64,000 nucleotides of DNA, taken from positions 160,001 through 224,000 of the forward strand of contig CAXXMR010000019.1 in NCBI GenBank assembly GCA_963663805.2, given 5' to 3'. Below, piece after piece: positions 1-9,906 of this stretch (the stretch's first letter is position 1; each line of letters opens with the position of its first letter). The translations under genes and the position numbers were made by a program. The stretch is from Sedimentisphaerales bacterium. Lineage in GTDB: Bacteria > Planctomycetota > Phycisphaerae > Sedimentisphaerales > SM23-30. The notes below the pieces were generated by a model. That model was not told where the DNA came from. It ran no database searches and saw only the letters and a program-made list of their open reading frames with translations.

Positions 1-162
1 CAACCTCGCTATTTTGTTAATGATAGTGCGGGAGTTGGCTTGCGGGAGGAAAAGGCTGGTTATTCTGTTGTTGTGGCCGACGATACCGACAACGCCCCAG
101 TCAGTTTGGAAAATGGCAAATCGCGGGGTGATTTTATTTTTGGTTAAAGATTTAGTTGTCAC
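1..162 (-). CDS. Partial (N-terminal) CDS, probable methylated-DNA-protein-cysteine methyltransferase (Ogt/MGMT family)
   Basis: Hand translation from GTG at 162: MTTKSLTKNKITPRFAIFQTDWGVVGIVGHNNRITSLFLPQ...; the F-x-T-x-WG pattern resembles the MGMT N-terminus. Runs off the window edge; the catalytic PCHR motif is not visible. Confidence 0.45.
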   Translation of the reverse strand, partial: MTTKSLTKNKITPRFAIFQTDWGVVGIVGHNNRITSLFLPQANSRTIINKIARL

Positions 163-631
163 CGCTGAAACGACTATCATCTGGGTCGGCCAAGGCGGTT
201 AGAGGATCGAACGGCTTGTCCGCTGCGACTGCTCCGGCGGGCACTTCAGCGGAGAAGGTCTGACTGCCTCCAGCGGAACTTTCGGGATGGGAGGGGGAGA
301 CCTTTTGAAAAGAAGGCGTTTCAATCTTGGCGGGGTGGCCGTTGAGCTGGAGGACGAACTGGATTGGACCGATGGCTACAATGTCGCCGGGGGCTATCTC
401 GGCCTGTTGTTCGATACGTTTCTGGTTAAGGTAAGTGCCGTTGGAACTGCCCAAATCCTGAATGATGACCTTACCGTCTCGATTGACGATATTGCAGTGC
501 TTGCGGGAGACCTGCATTACCGGGACGCGAATGTCGCATTCGGGGCGACGACCTACCAGGGTTATCCCCTCGTTCAAGTTGATTTGCCTGCGTTTGCCCT
601 TGTCGGTAAAAGCCACCAGAGTTGCCGTCAT
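152..631 (-). CDS. FHA domain-containing protein
   Basis: GR...SRKH...DLGSSNGTYLN FHA motifs, followed by a low-complexity tail. Confidence 0.9.
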   Translation of the reverse strand: MTATLVAFTDKGKRRQINLNEGITLVGRRPECDIRVPVMQVSRKHCNIVNRDGKVIIQDLGSSNGTYLNQKRIEQQAEIAPGDIVAIGPIQFVLQLNGHPAKIETPSFQKVSPSHPESSAGGSQTFSAEVPAGAVAADKPFDPLTALADPDDSRFSGDN

Positions 632-747
632 GATTCGCCCTTTCGCAACCTATTGCAAAACAAGTACTTAACGTGAAATGGGGTTTGAGTCCCATCATCG
701 TACTTTGAAAGTATACCCGCAAACGTTTTCAAAATCAAGTTTAAGGA

Positions 748-1788
748 TTAAAAGAACCATTTGGCCAGCTTTAGTATGCCTTGTTTCCAGGGGACACGAT
801 GAGAAATTCCGGAGGTGTTGGCGATGGCATCGAGATTTTCGATATACCATTCATAGTTGCGTACCAGGGCTTGCTGATTTGAATATTTTGGCGTGAAGTC
901 GAGGATTTTTTCGGCTTTTTCGACCGAAACGAAAGATTCCTGACAAGCGGTTTCGTAGACCCATTTGTACAAGGGTGAAAGTTTGAAAAATTCGAGGATT
1001 TTCAGAGCCGTGATAACGGGGCCTGCGGGGAATGATTTAATTTTTTTGCCAAAGCCAGCCCGGTCCAGTACGGCCTGGAAATCCTGTTTCATGGTGGTGT
1101 ATTCTTTGGCACCGATGTTGAAGGTGTCGTTGGCGATGGATTCATCAAGGGTGGCGGCGAGGTAGGTTGCCGCGCAGAGGTCTTCGACATCGAGAAGCTG
1201 ATATCGGTTGTTGCCGCTGCCAATCATAGGGAATCCTTTGCCGTCTTTGGCCCAGTCATAGAACAGGGCGAACACTCCCAGGCGTTCAGGTCCGATAAAT
1301 GATTTTGGTCTTAATATGGGGACGCACATGCCTTTTTCGCGGTAACTGAGGCAGACTTTTTCGGCATCGATTTTGGCCTGGCCATAAGGGCCTACGCCGT
1401 CGAGCTTGTCATCTTCAAAAATGGGGTGATGGTCGGGGATGCCGTAAACGGCGGTCGAGGAAATATGAACGACTCGTTTAATGCCGGCAGCGTGAGAGGC
1501 TTCCATAATGTTGCCGGTTCCGTCAACGTCAGTGGTAAAAATATCTACCGGTTTGTAAAGCGGCAGGGCGGCGGCACAGTGGACAACAATGTCGGCGTTT
1601 TCGGTTGCTTCTTTGACTTTGGCCTTGTCGCGGATGTCGCCGCGGACGATGCGGACTTTGTTTTTGCAATCGGGGTAGTCGAACTCGGCGATGTCGAGTG
1701 AGGTTACATCATGGCCTTTATTAAGCAGATAACGGACAAGATTGATACCCAGAAAACCAGCGCCCCCGGTAATCATATAACGACTCAT
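748..1788 (-). CDS. NAD-dependent epimerase/dehydratase (extended SDR)
   Basis: TGGAGFLG Rossmann motif, SSTAVYG, YxxxK (YGQAK). Confidence 0.9.
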   Translation of the reverse strand: MSRYMITGGAGFLGINLVRYLLNKGHDVTSLDIAEFDYPDCKNKVRIVRGDIRDKAKVKEATENADIVVHCAAALPLYKPVDIFTTDVDGTGNIMEASHAAGIKRVVHISSTAVYGIPDHHPIFEDDKLDGVGPYGQAKIDAEKVCLSYREKGMCVPILRPKSFIGPERLGVFALFYDWAKDGKGFPMIGSGNNRYQLLDVEDLCAATYLAATLDESIANDTFNIGAKEYTTMKQDFQAVLDRAGFGKKIKSFPAGPVITALKILEFFKLSPLYKWVYETACQESFVSVEKAEKILDFTPKYSNQQALVRNYEWYIENLDAIANTSGISHRVPWKQGILKLAKWFF

Positions 1789-1835
1789 ATCAATTCCTCT
1801 TGACGTTGGCTAGGAAGTTTTTATTATGATAAACT

Positions 1836-2804
1836 TCATCCGAAGATATTCAGGCGGCTGCCGTAGACGACTACAATCGCGGCGATGAGCAGCCAGATAA
1901 TCAGGTTTACGATAGTGTGTATGTCCCGTAATACTTCACGGGTGGGGTCTTCACCTTGCTGGTGGTGATAGATGATGTAGAGATAGCGGAACAGCCCGTA
2001 CATGACTGAGGGGACAGTCAGGAGCATGGCCCGGCTGCCGAAAACCGATATGGTGCGGTCGTCGATGGTGTATAGTATATAGCAGATAATCGTGAGGCTG
2101 GTGACCATGGAAATTACCTGGTCGAGGAAGCCTATGCTGTAATCCTTGAGGACCAGTCGCGAAGTGGGTTGGTCTGTGTCGCGGGAGATAAGTTCGGCAC
2201 GGCGCTTAGTAAAACCGAGAAAGACCGAAATCATGAAAGTACAGAGAAGCAGCCAATGGGAGGCTTCTACGTCAATCGCGACCGCTCCGCCGATAATTCT
2301 CAGCAGGAATCCTGCGGCGATGGTCATGACGTCGAAAATCGCGATGTGCTTGATGCCTAACGAGTAGGCGATATTCAAAATCGCATAGAGGATGATTGTC
2401 AGCAGGAAAAGTTTTCCCAGGAAGAATCCGGCCAGAATGCTCAGGGCGATGAGAGTGATACTCAAAACTCCGGCCCGGCTGGTACTCAGGGCACCGCGTG
2501 CGATGGGACGTAAGCGTTTGATAGGGTGTTGGCGGTCTTCGTTGAGGTCGCGCAGGTCGTTGATGATATATATGCCGCTGCTGAGCAGACAGAAGCTGAT
2601 AAATGCCAAAGCGGTTCTGAAGCAATCGCCGGGGTCGGTGAAACGGTTAGCGAAAAGCAGGGGTGCTATAACGAATCCGTTTTTAATCCACTGTGGACAG
2701 CGCATGGCCGCCAGCGTGATTTTAATTTGATTGTCAGGTTTATCTGTCAAAGCGTTTACCGTATTTTTCAGGAGCCGTATCCGCGGGGATGATTTTGATG
2801 CCAT
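1836..2804 (-). CDS. UbiA-family prenyltransferase, decaprenyl-phosphate phosphoribosyltransferase-like
   Basis: RxxQWIKN, YIINDLRDxxEDRxHPxKRxRPIA, KRRAE motifs; multiple TM helices; true start may be further downstream. Confidence 0.85.
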   Translation of the reverse strand: MASKSSPRIRLLKNTVNALTDKPDNQIKITLAAMRCPQWIKNGFVIAPLLFANRFTDPGDCFRTALAFISFCLLSSGIYIINDLRDLNEDRQHPIKRLRPIARGALSTSRAGVLSITLIALSILAGFFLGKLFLLTIILYAILNIAYSLGIKHIAIFDVMTIAAGFLLRIIGGAVAIDVEASHWLLLCTFMISVFLGFTKRRAELISRDTDQPTSRLVLKDYSIGFLDQVISMVTSLTIICYILYTIDDRTISVFGSRAMLLTVPSVMYGLFRYLYIIYHHQQGEDPTREVLRDIHTIVNLIIWLLIAAIVVVYGSRLNIFG

Positions 2805-3748
2805 TTCCAGGCGGATTCAACAATCTGTTCCAGATTTTCATATTTAGGCTGCCAACCCAGTTCGGTGCGGAGTCGTTCGGCCCCGGCTACCAGTCGGGCG
2901 CTGTCGCCGGCGCGACGGTCGACAATCTTTGTGGCGATTTCTTTGCCGACGACTTTTTCGGCAGTGCGGATGACTTCGAGGACGGAATTGCCTTTTCCTG
3001 TCCCTATATTATAGGTGGCACCCTTGCCGGACTCGGTGGCATCGATGGCGCGGCGGTGGGCATCGGCTAAATCGTCAACGTGAATATAGTCGCGAATACA
3101 AGTTCCGTCCGGGGTGTCATAATTGTCGCCAAAAACGTAAATTTCTTTGCGTTTGCCCAGCGGTACCTGAAGGACCAGCGGAATCAGGTGTGTTTCGGGT
3201 TCGTGAGCTTCGCCAAATTTGCCTTCCGGGTCAGCCCCCGAAGCATTGAAGTAACGCAGAATCGTATAGCCCAGCCCATAAGCACGGGAGAAATCCTGAA
3301 TGAGTCTTTCTACGGCGAATTTGCTGAAAGCATAGGGGCTGTCGGGATTCTTGGGAGAATCTTCGTTGAGCGGTTCTTCGGAAGGGGCGTAGACCGCAGC
3401 AGTGCTGGAAAAGAGAATTTTGCCAACCTGAGTGTCCTGCATACACTCAAGCAGAGTCTGGGAATTTACTATATTATTGCGGTAGTATTCCCGCGGCATT
3501 TCCACTGATTCACCCACAGCTATCCAGGAGGCGAAGTGCATGACGGCCTCAATCTGGCGATCCTTCATGGTCGCGGTGAGTTTTTCACGTTCAGCCAGGT
3601 CGCCTTCGACGAGAATATTGCTGGGTATGGATTGGCGGTGGCCCTTGCTGAGATTGTCGTAAACTGTGACGTCATGGCCGTTGGCGAGCAGACAGCGAAC
3701 TGCCGCACTGCCGACATATCCGGCTCCTCCGGTAGCTAAAATACGCAT
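2768..3748 (-). CDS. galE: UDP-glucose 4-epimerase
   Basis: TGGAGYVGS, LRYFNASGA, ETHLIP, DGTCIRDYIHVDDLA. Confidence 0.93.
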   Translation of the reverse strand: MRILATGGAGYVGSAAVRCLLANGHDVTVYDNLSKGHRQSIPSNILVEGDLAEREKLTATMKDRQIEAVMHFASWIAVGESVEMPREYYRNNIVNSQTLLECMQDTQVGKILFSSTAAVYAPSEEPLNEDSPKNPDSPYAFSKFAVERLIQDFSRAYGLGYTILRYFNASGADPEGKFGEAHEPETHLIPLVLQVPLGKRKEIYVFGDNYDTPDGTCIRDYIHVDDLADAHRRAIDATESGKGATYNIGTGKGNSVLEVIRTAEKVVGKEIATKIVDRRAGDSARLVAGAERLRTELGWQPKYENLEQIVESAWKWHQNHPRGYGS

Positions 3749-3910
3749 TTACAAACCTTTACAAAAAATCTAACTGTCATTGCCAGTCGCTTCGCCCTGG
3801 GGACAGAAGCTATAAATACGAAAATAAAGTTTATAACCGTTATTCATTATCGAAACAATAGCCGGTCCGAGGCAAATTTTAGCGGGTTATGGCAGACCTT
3901 GTGATGACAC

Positions 3911-3939
3911 TTGCAATCGGGCCGCGATGCCACTACCAT
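3911..3939 (+). promoter_or_regulatory. sigma70-like promoter of the transaldolase gene
   Basis: TTGCAA-17bp-TACCAT; AAGGAG RBS before the ATG at 4008. Confidence 0.5.
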
Positions 3940-4007
3940 TGCCAGCGCGTTAGAGGGTCTTATCGTGAGGCCCAGGTAGGAGTACCTAAAATAAAGGAGT
4001 AATTCTT

Positions 4008-4934
4008 ATGTTTGGTATTTATCAAACAAAGCCCGATGTTCGTGCCCGTCGTGTCGCCGGGCCTGAAACTTATCCCACACCCGGAAAAAAACTGGCCCAT
4101 CCAGCCGCTCGTGCCCCGCGAATTTTCGCTGATACCGCTACAATCAGCGAAATCGAGCCGCTTTACCGGGCAGGGCTCATAAGTGGTATCACCACTAATC
4201 CCTCACTGTTGAAAAAGGCTGGTGCGTCCAGTTGGGAACATGCTTTGGAGATTTGCCGTGAGCTTATCAAGCTGGCAGCACCAAATCCGGTTAATCTGGA
4301 GCTTACCGAGCTTACCGAAAAGCCGATGATTGCCCAGGCCGAGAAGCTGGCAGCGATGGGTGAAAATGTTGTAATTAAAGTTCCAGTAGGCGGTTATGCC
4401 GCGGTTGACCCGTCTTATGACCCGCATACCGGGCTGAAGGTTATCAGAGCATTGTGGGAGCGGGATATTGTCGCCAATGCCACTTTGGTTTTCAATTCGA
4501 CTCAGGCTTTATGGGCGGCCAATGCCGGGGCTTGTTATGTAAGCCCGTTTTTGGGACGGCTGGCAGATTACGCTTATAAAAATGACCAGGTGGAACGTCA
4601 GCCGGGCAACGCGTTGTATCACATTGATGACCATAAGAACGCCAAGGGTGACCAGAATGTTTGCAATACCGAATATGTCGCTTGCGGCGGTAACCGTAAG
4701 GATATCGGCCCGCGGCTGATTCAGGAAATTTCGGTTATTTTCACAAATTACGATATTCAGACCCAAATTCTCGCGGCGAGCTTCCGTAATTTTACTCAAC
4801 TTTCCGAGTGTCTGCTGGCAGGTGCTGATATTCTGACCGTTCCAGCGGCGATATTGCGGGATGTGGCAGACCATCCGCTGACCAGCGAGGGTATGGTAAG
4901 GTTTTTCGAGGATTCCAAGGCGTTTGAAAAATAA
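4008..4934 (+). CDS. tal: Transaldolase / fructose-6-phosphate aldolase family protein
   Basis: FADTA, GITTNPSL, VIKVP, NATLVF, YVSPFLGR, ILAASFR, HPLT motifs. Confidence 0.88.
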   Translation: MFGIYQTKPDVRARRVAGPETYPTPGKKLAHPAARAPRIFADTATISEIEPLYRAGLISGITTNPSLLKKAGASSWEHALEICRELIKLAAPNPVNLELTELTEKPMIAQAEKLAAMGENVVIKVPVGGYAAVDPSYDPHTGLKVIRALWERDIVANATLVFNSTQALWAANAGACYVSPFLGRLADYAYKNDQVERQPGNALYHIDDHKNAKGDQNVCNTEYVACGGNRKDIGPRLIQEISVIFTNYDIQTQILAASFRNFTQLSECLLAGADILTVPAAILRDVADHPLTSEGMVRFFEDSKAFEK

Positions 4935-4958
4935 TTGAACGGAATATACCATTTTCAT

Positions 4959-4997
4959 AGGCCATCTTTGTCGCGAAAGGCGGAGATGGCCTTTTTT
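4959..4997 (+). terminator. Rho-independent terminator after tal
   Basis: aggccatct...agatggcct stem followed by a T-run. Confidence 0.8.
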
Positions 4998-5115
4998 ATT
5001 TTGTTGGAGGCCGGGCAAACTTTTTGTTAGTTTTCGGCGTATCAAGGCTTATAATACAAAGACGCTTTCGTACTCACGTTGGAAAGAAAAACATTGTTTT
5101 CACAGGAGAATACAA

Positions 5116-5436
5116 ATGCTGGATATTTTACACAAAGCAGTTTATGCCGGGATAGGCCTGGCGGCTCTGACCGAAGAAAAAGCCCGTCAGATGGTTAAAG
5201 AGTTGGAAGAAAAAGGTGACATCTCCAAGGACGAAGGAAAAAAACTCGTTCAGGAATTAATTGATAAGGCCAAAGTTCATAAAAAGGATTTTGATGACTC
5301 GGTGAACAAGGAAGTCAAAAAGATTGTGGAAAAACTCAACCTGGTCAGCCGGGACGAATATGAGGAACTGCTGCGGCGGGTGGAAAAGCTGGAGCATCAG
5401 GGCAACAATGACAAGGACCAGTCTCTAAATTACTGA
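5116..5436 (+). CDS. Phasin-like / PHA granule-associated family small coiled-coil protein
   Basis: AGIGLAALTEEKA...LEEKGDISKDEGKKLV...VSRDEYEELLRRVEKLE; typical partner upstream of AarF/UbiB. Confidence 0.75.
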   Translation: MLDILHKAVYAGIGLAALTEEKARQMVKELEEKGDISKDEGKKLVQELIDKAKVHKKDFDDSVNKEVKKIVEKLNLVSRDEYEELLRRVEKLEHQGNNDKDQSLNY

Positions 5437-5447
5437 GTTTAATCCGA

Positions 5448-7112
5448 GTGTTTAACCCCTATCGCAATTATTTGACTCTGCGGCGTTATCGGCAGATTAT
5501 CATGAATATCGGCAAGTTCGGATTTGGCGAACTGGCTGGTCGATTAAATCTGTTGGGACGTTTGCGTCTGCGCCGTAGTTTGAAACGCCAGCGGTCCATG
5601 ACAATGTCGCGGGCAGAGCGTTTTCGTATGCTGCTGGAGCAGTTGGGTCCCTCATTTGTCAAACTGGGACAGATTTTGTCCATGCGGCCTGACCTGCTGC
5701 CCCATGATATTATCGACGAGTTATCGCGTTTGCAGAATCGGGTTACGCCTGTTGCCTGGGAGACGATGAGCCGCCGGCTGCGTGATTCGCTGGGCCCGGA
5801 TTATATGCAGCGGTTCAGTGAATTTGACACGACTCCGGTTGCCAGTGCTTCTATTGCTCAGGTTTATGTCGCCCGTCTTAAAACCGGTGAGAAGGTCGCG
5901 GTGAAGGTTGTTCGGCCGGGCACGGAAAAAATTTTTCGTGATGACCTGGTTATTCTTGAGCATTTAGCTTCTCTGGCCCATACTCACATCCCCGAATCGC
6001 GGCAGTGGAATCTGGAGGGGATAATCGCTCAGTTTCGCGGTTCGCTGCATCACGAGCTGGATTTGCGACATGAGGGACGAAACGCCGATATTTTTCGCAA
6101 TAATTTTCAGGATGACTCGAAGATATATGTCCCTAAAATATACTGGAACCATTCCACGGATAAAGTTTTGGTGATGGAGTTTGTGGAAGGTAGTCCGCTG
6201 TCGGACTTTTTTGGTGAGCAGGTTCCCGAATCCACTCGGCGTGAATTGGCCAAAACCGGTGCCGACGCGGTGTTGAAGCAGGTGTTTATTCACGGTTTTT
6301 TCCAGGCCGACCCGCATCCGGGTAATGCTTTGGTGATGGAAAATAATGTTATCTGTTTTCTGGATTTCGGGATGTTTGGGCGGCTGGATGTTCGCTCACT
6401 GGCGGCTTTGGCGCGGGCAATGCACGCAATAACCAAAAAAGATATTGATAAGCTGATTCGTGCTATGCGGGATTTGGCTATGCTGCCGGAGCGAGAATTG
6501 CTGCCGGAATTGCGTATTGCCCTGACGGACCTGATGGAACAATATTACGGTATTCCGTTAAAGCAAATATCAATGGGACGGTTGCTGCGTGATATAGTGG
6601 GCCTGATTTCCCGCTTCAATGTCGGCGTCCGGCACGATTTCCTTTTTCTCACTAAGGCCCTGACGACTATTGAGGCTACCGGTTGCAAGTTAGACCCGGA
6701 TTTTGACATGATTGGTCATGCCCGTCCCTTTATTCAGGATATGATGGTGAAAAGGTATTCGCCCGGCCAGGTTTTGTCGGAAGGCCAGGGGTTCGCCGAA
6801 GACCTCGCTCTGCTGCTGCGTGAGGCGCCGGATAATACTCTGGAGATAATAAGAAAAATCCGAGACGGCCGACTTCGGGTTGAATTCCACCACAAAGGAC
6901 TCGAAGAATCAATGACACAACTGAATCAAATGTCCGACAAACTCACCCTGGGCATAATTATCGGGTCATTGATAATCGCCTCAACTGTGATGTCTCACGC
7001 CAAACTAGGTCCCACTCTGTTTGGCATGCCCGTCATCGGCGGTTTCGGATTTTTAATCGCCGGCGTTACCGGCCTATGGTTCATATTCGATATTATACGC
7101 AGTCGCCGTTGA
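5448..7112 (+). CDS. AarF/UbiB (ABC1) family protein kinase-like protein
   Basis: LGPSFVKLGQ, ASASIAQV, VAVKV, ADPHPGN, LDFGM; two C-terminal TM helices. Confidence 0.92.
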   Translation: MFNPYRNYLTLRRYRQIIMNIGKFGFGELAGRLNLLGRLRLRRSLKRQRSMTMSRAERFRMLLEQLGPSFVKLGQILSMRPDLLPHDIIDELSRLQNRVTPVAWETMSRRLRDSLGPDYMQRFSEFDTTPVASASIAQVYVARLKTGEKVAVKVVRPGTEKIFRDDLVILEHLASLAHTHIPESRQWNLEGIIAQFRGSLHHELDLRHEGRNADIFRNNFQDDSKIYVPKIYWNHSTDKVLVMEFVEGSPLSDFFGEQVPESTRRELAKTGADAVLKQVFIHGFFQADPHPGNALVMENNVICFLDFGMFGRLDVRSLAALARAMHAITKKDIDKLIRAMRDLAMLPERELLPELRIALTDLMEQYYGIPLKQISMGRLLRDIVGLISRFNVGVRHDFLFLTKALTTIEATGCKLDPDFDMIGHARPFIQDMMVKRYSPGQVLSEGQGFAEDLALLLREAPDNTLEIIRKIRDGRLRVEFHHKGLEESMTQLNQMSDKLTLGIIIGSLIIASTVMSHAKLGPTLFGMPVIGGFGFLIAGVTGLWFIFDIIRSRR

Positions 7113-7127
7113 GCAACAGCCCATCTA

Positions 7128-7364
7128 TTACCAAGGTACCAGCGGGAAGTCCTGATACGGTCCGCGCGTGGGCCAGTGGTCCATCGGTCCCGAATTGTGG
7201 CTGGCCCAAAAAGCTAATGCCATAACCAAACCCACCAGCAGGATAGTGCCCACGGTCAGCCAAATCTTGCGGCTCATCAAGGCCTTTTCGATTTGTAACA
7301 GGCTGTCGTGGCTGGGCATATGAATGTGGTGGAACCATTCCTTCATGTGCGAAGCGGTGTTCAT
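7128..7364 (-). CDS. Small single-TM hypothetical protein
   Basis: Strong AGAAAGGAGG RBS directly upstream; one hydrophobic helix. Confidence 0.6.
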   Translation of the reverse strand: MNTASHMKEWFHHIHMPSHDSLLQIEKALMSRKIWLTVGTILLVGLVMALAFWASHNSGPMDHWPTRGPYQDFPLVPW

Positions 7365-7471
7365 AATAGCCTCCTTTCTGACAGCAAAGCATATTATTCA
7401 AATTTCTCTCCCTCTCTCTACTTATATTATAGACTCAAAAACGCCAAAGGCAAAAATCACCGGCAGCGCAT

Positions 7472-7506
7472 AAAAAAGCAGGACAGCCTTGAAGGTCCGT
7501 CCTGCT
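7472..7506 (-). terminator. Rho-independent terminator after the GDSL gene
   Basis: agcaggac/gtcctgct stem with a T-run on the minus strand. Confidence 0.75.
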
Positions 7507-7538
7507 GTAATCAAACGACATTATCGTAACAGGCGTTA

Positions 7539-8318
7539 TTATTCGCCCATCAGCTTTTTGATGGTCGGCTCCATTGCTTCAGCCCAGATTGCGTAGCCTT
7601 TTTCTTTCGGGTGCAGCAGGTCGGGCATAATTTCGCGGGTCAGAACACCGTCGTCATTGAGGAATGCTTTGTTGATATCGAGGTAGTAAATCATTTTGTT
7701 GTCAGCCATCTTGGCTGCCAGGTCGCTGGCCGCGTCATTCAAAGCCCACTGGTCGTTATAGGTAGCATCCTGGTCTTTGATTTTACGTTGAGGATAGGAG
7801 CCGCGCGGGAAAATTTTGAGAATCAGTATCTTGGTTTCGGGCAGACGGTTACGCAGTTCGCAGACAATGCCTTTAATACCGTCAGCGATTTGCTCAGCAG
7901 TATAATCACCGCCGGAATTATTGGTGCCGATCATGATAACCGCCAGTTTGGGAGAGATACCGTCAGCTTCACCATTTTGCAGACGCCAGATAACATGCTC
8001 GGTTTTATCACCGCTAAAGCCTATGTTGGCGGCTTTGCGTGGGGTATAGTATTTTTCCCAGACTTCCTTGCCACTGGATTCCCATCCGTGGGTAATCGAA
8101 TCGCCAATCATCAACAGGTCCACGTTACCCTGTTTGACTAACGCGACTTTTTCTTCGTGGCGAGGCATCCACCAGTCGCGGTCTGCACGAGAAACCGGAG
8201 TGACGGCCTTATGCGAACCGAGGGTTACATCACACGGGTTTACGCTGGTGAAATATGAGCAGCCGGGGACAGCCAGGCAAAAACTCAGCAGCAGAATAAA
8301 CAGAATAGCCTTTTTCAT
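7539..8318 (-). CDS. SGNH/GDSL hydrolase lipoprotein (PAF-acetylhydrolase-like)
   Basis: GDSIT, GFSGD, IGTNN, DLLHP; lipoprotein-like signal ending LAVPGC. Confidence 0.88.
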   Translation of the reverse strand: MKKAILFILLLSFCLAVPGCSYFTSVNPCDVTLGSHKAVTPVSRADRDWWMPRHEEKVALVKQGNVDLLMIGDSITHGWESSGKEVWEKYYTPRKAANIGFSGDKTEHVIWRLQNGEADGISPKLAVIMIGTNNSGGDYTAEQIADGIKGIVCELRNRLPETKILILKIFPRGSYPQRKIKDQDATYNDQWALNDAASDLAAKMADNKMIYYLDINKAFLNDDGVLTREIMPDLLHPKEKGYAIWAEAMEPTIKKLMGE

Positions 8319-8370
8319 TTTGTGTTCTCCTAACACGATGTTAAAAATAAAAAGTTACGTACTTTTCTTC

Positions 8371-9897
8371 TTATCGGGGGAATTTCATGTCTGTTCTGAA
8401 AGGTGAGGCGGGTAACTTCTGTTTGTTGTAAAAGTTGGGCTCGGCGTATTCGCACCAGCAGAAGCGAGCGGCAACCGGGGCCGAAACTTTTTCGGAAGAT
8501 ACGACAACCGTATCGCCGTCGATAACAGCCTGGGCGGGATAGTAAACACCGTCGGCGCCGCAGATTGTGAAGTCTGTCAGTGTTCCGTCTTTAGCGTATA
8601 GTCCGCCGTCCACATGGTCGAAGAACAGTCTGATATTGTTGCCTTCGATTTTCATTTCACGATACAATGGCCCGAAAGTCTCCACGGATTCGCGACCATA
8701 GGTTCCCGCCAGCGCCCAGCAGGCCAGACGATGCCCAACCGGTGCCTTTTTCAGCGGATGATGACTTTTTGCGTCGCCAATATCCATTGTGACTGCCATG
8801 CCGGTATTATCCAGAGCGAGCATGGTTTGGAGCTGCTGTTCGCGGATTAAGGTTATGCCCATGCCGTACCCGGTCGATGAGGCCAACTGCACGAACAGGA
8901 ACGGTAATTTTGGTTGCCGCCAGTCTTGCCGCCAGTCCGTAATGAGTGTCTGAAACAGCTTGTCGTAACCTTCCGGCTCACGCGTATTGGCCTCGCCCTG
9001 ATACCACAACACGCCGCGAATATTGGCGTTCAGCAGCGGAGCGGTCATGCCGTTGTATAAGCCGCCGGGCTGGTTCGGATGTCCGGGGCCAATCGGAGTA
9101 CGAGGTGCTGAGGGGCGGTTCTTTTGTCCCGCGGTCGCCAGATATTTTTTACGAGCTTCCTGATATTGTTTCATTTTTTTCGGGTAAACATCGCAATACC
9201 GCTGAAATTTGTCCAGTACGTACTTAAAGTCAGGAGTATTTTTGAGCGTTTCAGGTTTTGACCACGACTCTACCGGAGTACCGCCCCAGGGGTTTTCAAT
9301 CAAGCCGATGGGTACGCCGATTTCGTTCTGTATTTCCTTGGCGAAATAATACCCCACCGCGGAAAAATTCGCCGCTGATTCGGTCGTACACTCTTTCCAT
9401 TGGCCCTGGCAATTTTCTTTAGGTTCGTTAGCCACGCAGCGTACCACACTGAAAAGCCTGATTTCGGGATGATTCGCCTGCTTCAATTCCTCCTTAGCGT
9501 TGAAGTCCTTCGAGAGCGGCCATTCCATATTAGATTGCCCCGAACATACCCAGACATCACCGACGAGAATATCATTAATCGTTATAGTTTGCCCTGCGGA
9601 TGAAATGGTCAGTGATTGTGGTTGACCGGGTTTGGTAGACTGGAGTTCCACCTTCCACCTGCCGTCGTTGTCAACCACGACTTCTGCCGCCTGCCCCTGC
9701 CACGAGGCCTTGACGGTGACTTGTTCTCCTGCCTGTCCCCAGCCCCAAACCGGCACTGGCATTTCCCGCTGGATAACCATACCATCACCGAACAGTCCCG
9801 AAAGACTAATCTCGGCTTGGACTACCGAAGTGATTAGGGTGACAAAAGACAGGATAGTGAACAACTGCTTAATACAAACAAAAGCAAAAATTTTCAT
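8371..9897 (-). CDS. Sialate O-acetylesterase family protein
   Basis: GDVWVCSGQSNM, FSAVGYYF, WGGT, WYQGEAN, LPASPFRTD. Confidence 0.9.
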   Translation of the reverse strand: MKIFAFVCIKQLFTILSFVTLITSVVQAEISLSGLFGDGMVIQREMPVPVWGWGQAGEQVTVKASWQGQAAEVVVDNDGRWKVELQSTKPGQPQSLTISSAGQTITINDILVGDVWVCSGQSNMEWPLSKDFNAKEELKQANHPEIRLFSVVRCVANEPKENCQGQWKECTTESAANFSAVGYYFAKEIQNEIGVPIGLIENPWGGTPVESWSKPETLKNTPDFKYVLDKFQRYCDVYPKKMKQYQEARKKYLATAGQKNRPSAPRTPIGPGHPNQPGGLYNGMTAPLLNANIRGVLWYQGEANTREPEGYDKLFQTLITDWRQDWRQPKLPFLFVQLASSTGYGMGITLIREQQLQTMLALDNTGMAVTMDIGDAKSHHPLKKAPVGHRLACWALAGTYGRESVETFGPLYREMKIEGNNIRLFFDHVDGGLYAKDGTLTDFTICGADGVYYPAQAVIDGDTVVVSSEKVSAPVAARFCWCEYAEPNFYNKQKLPASPFRTDMKFPR

Positions 9898-9906
9898 GAT
9901 TTTCCT

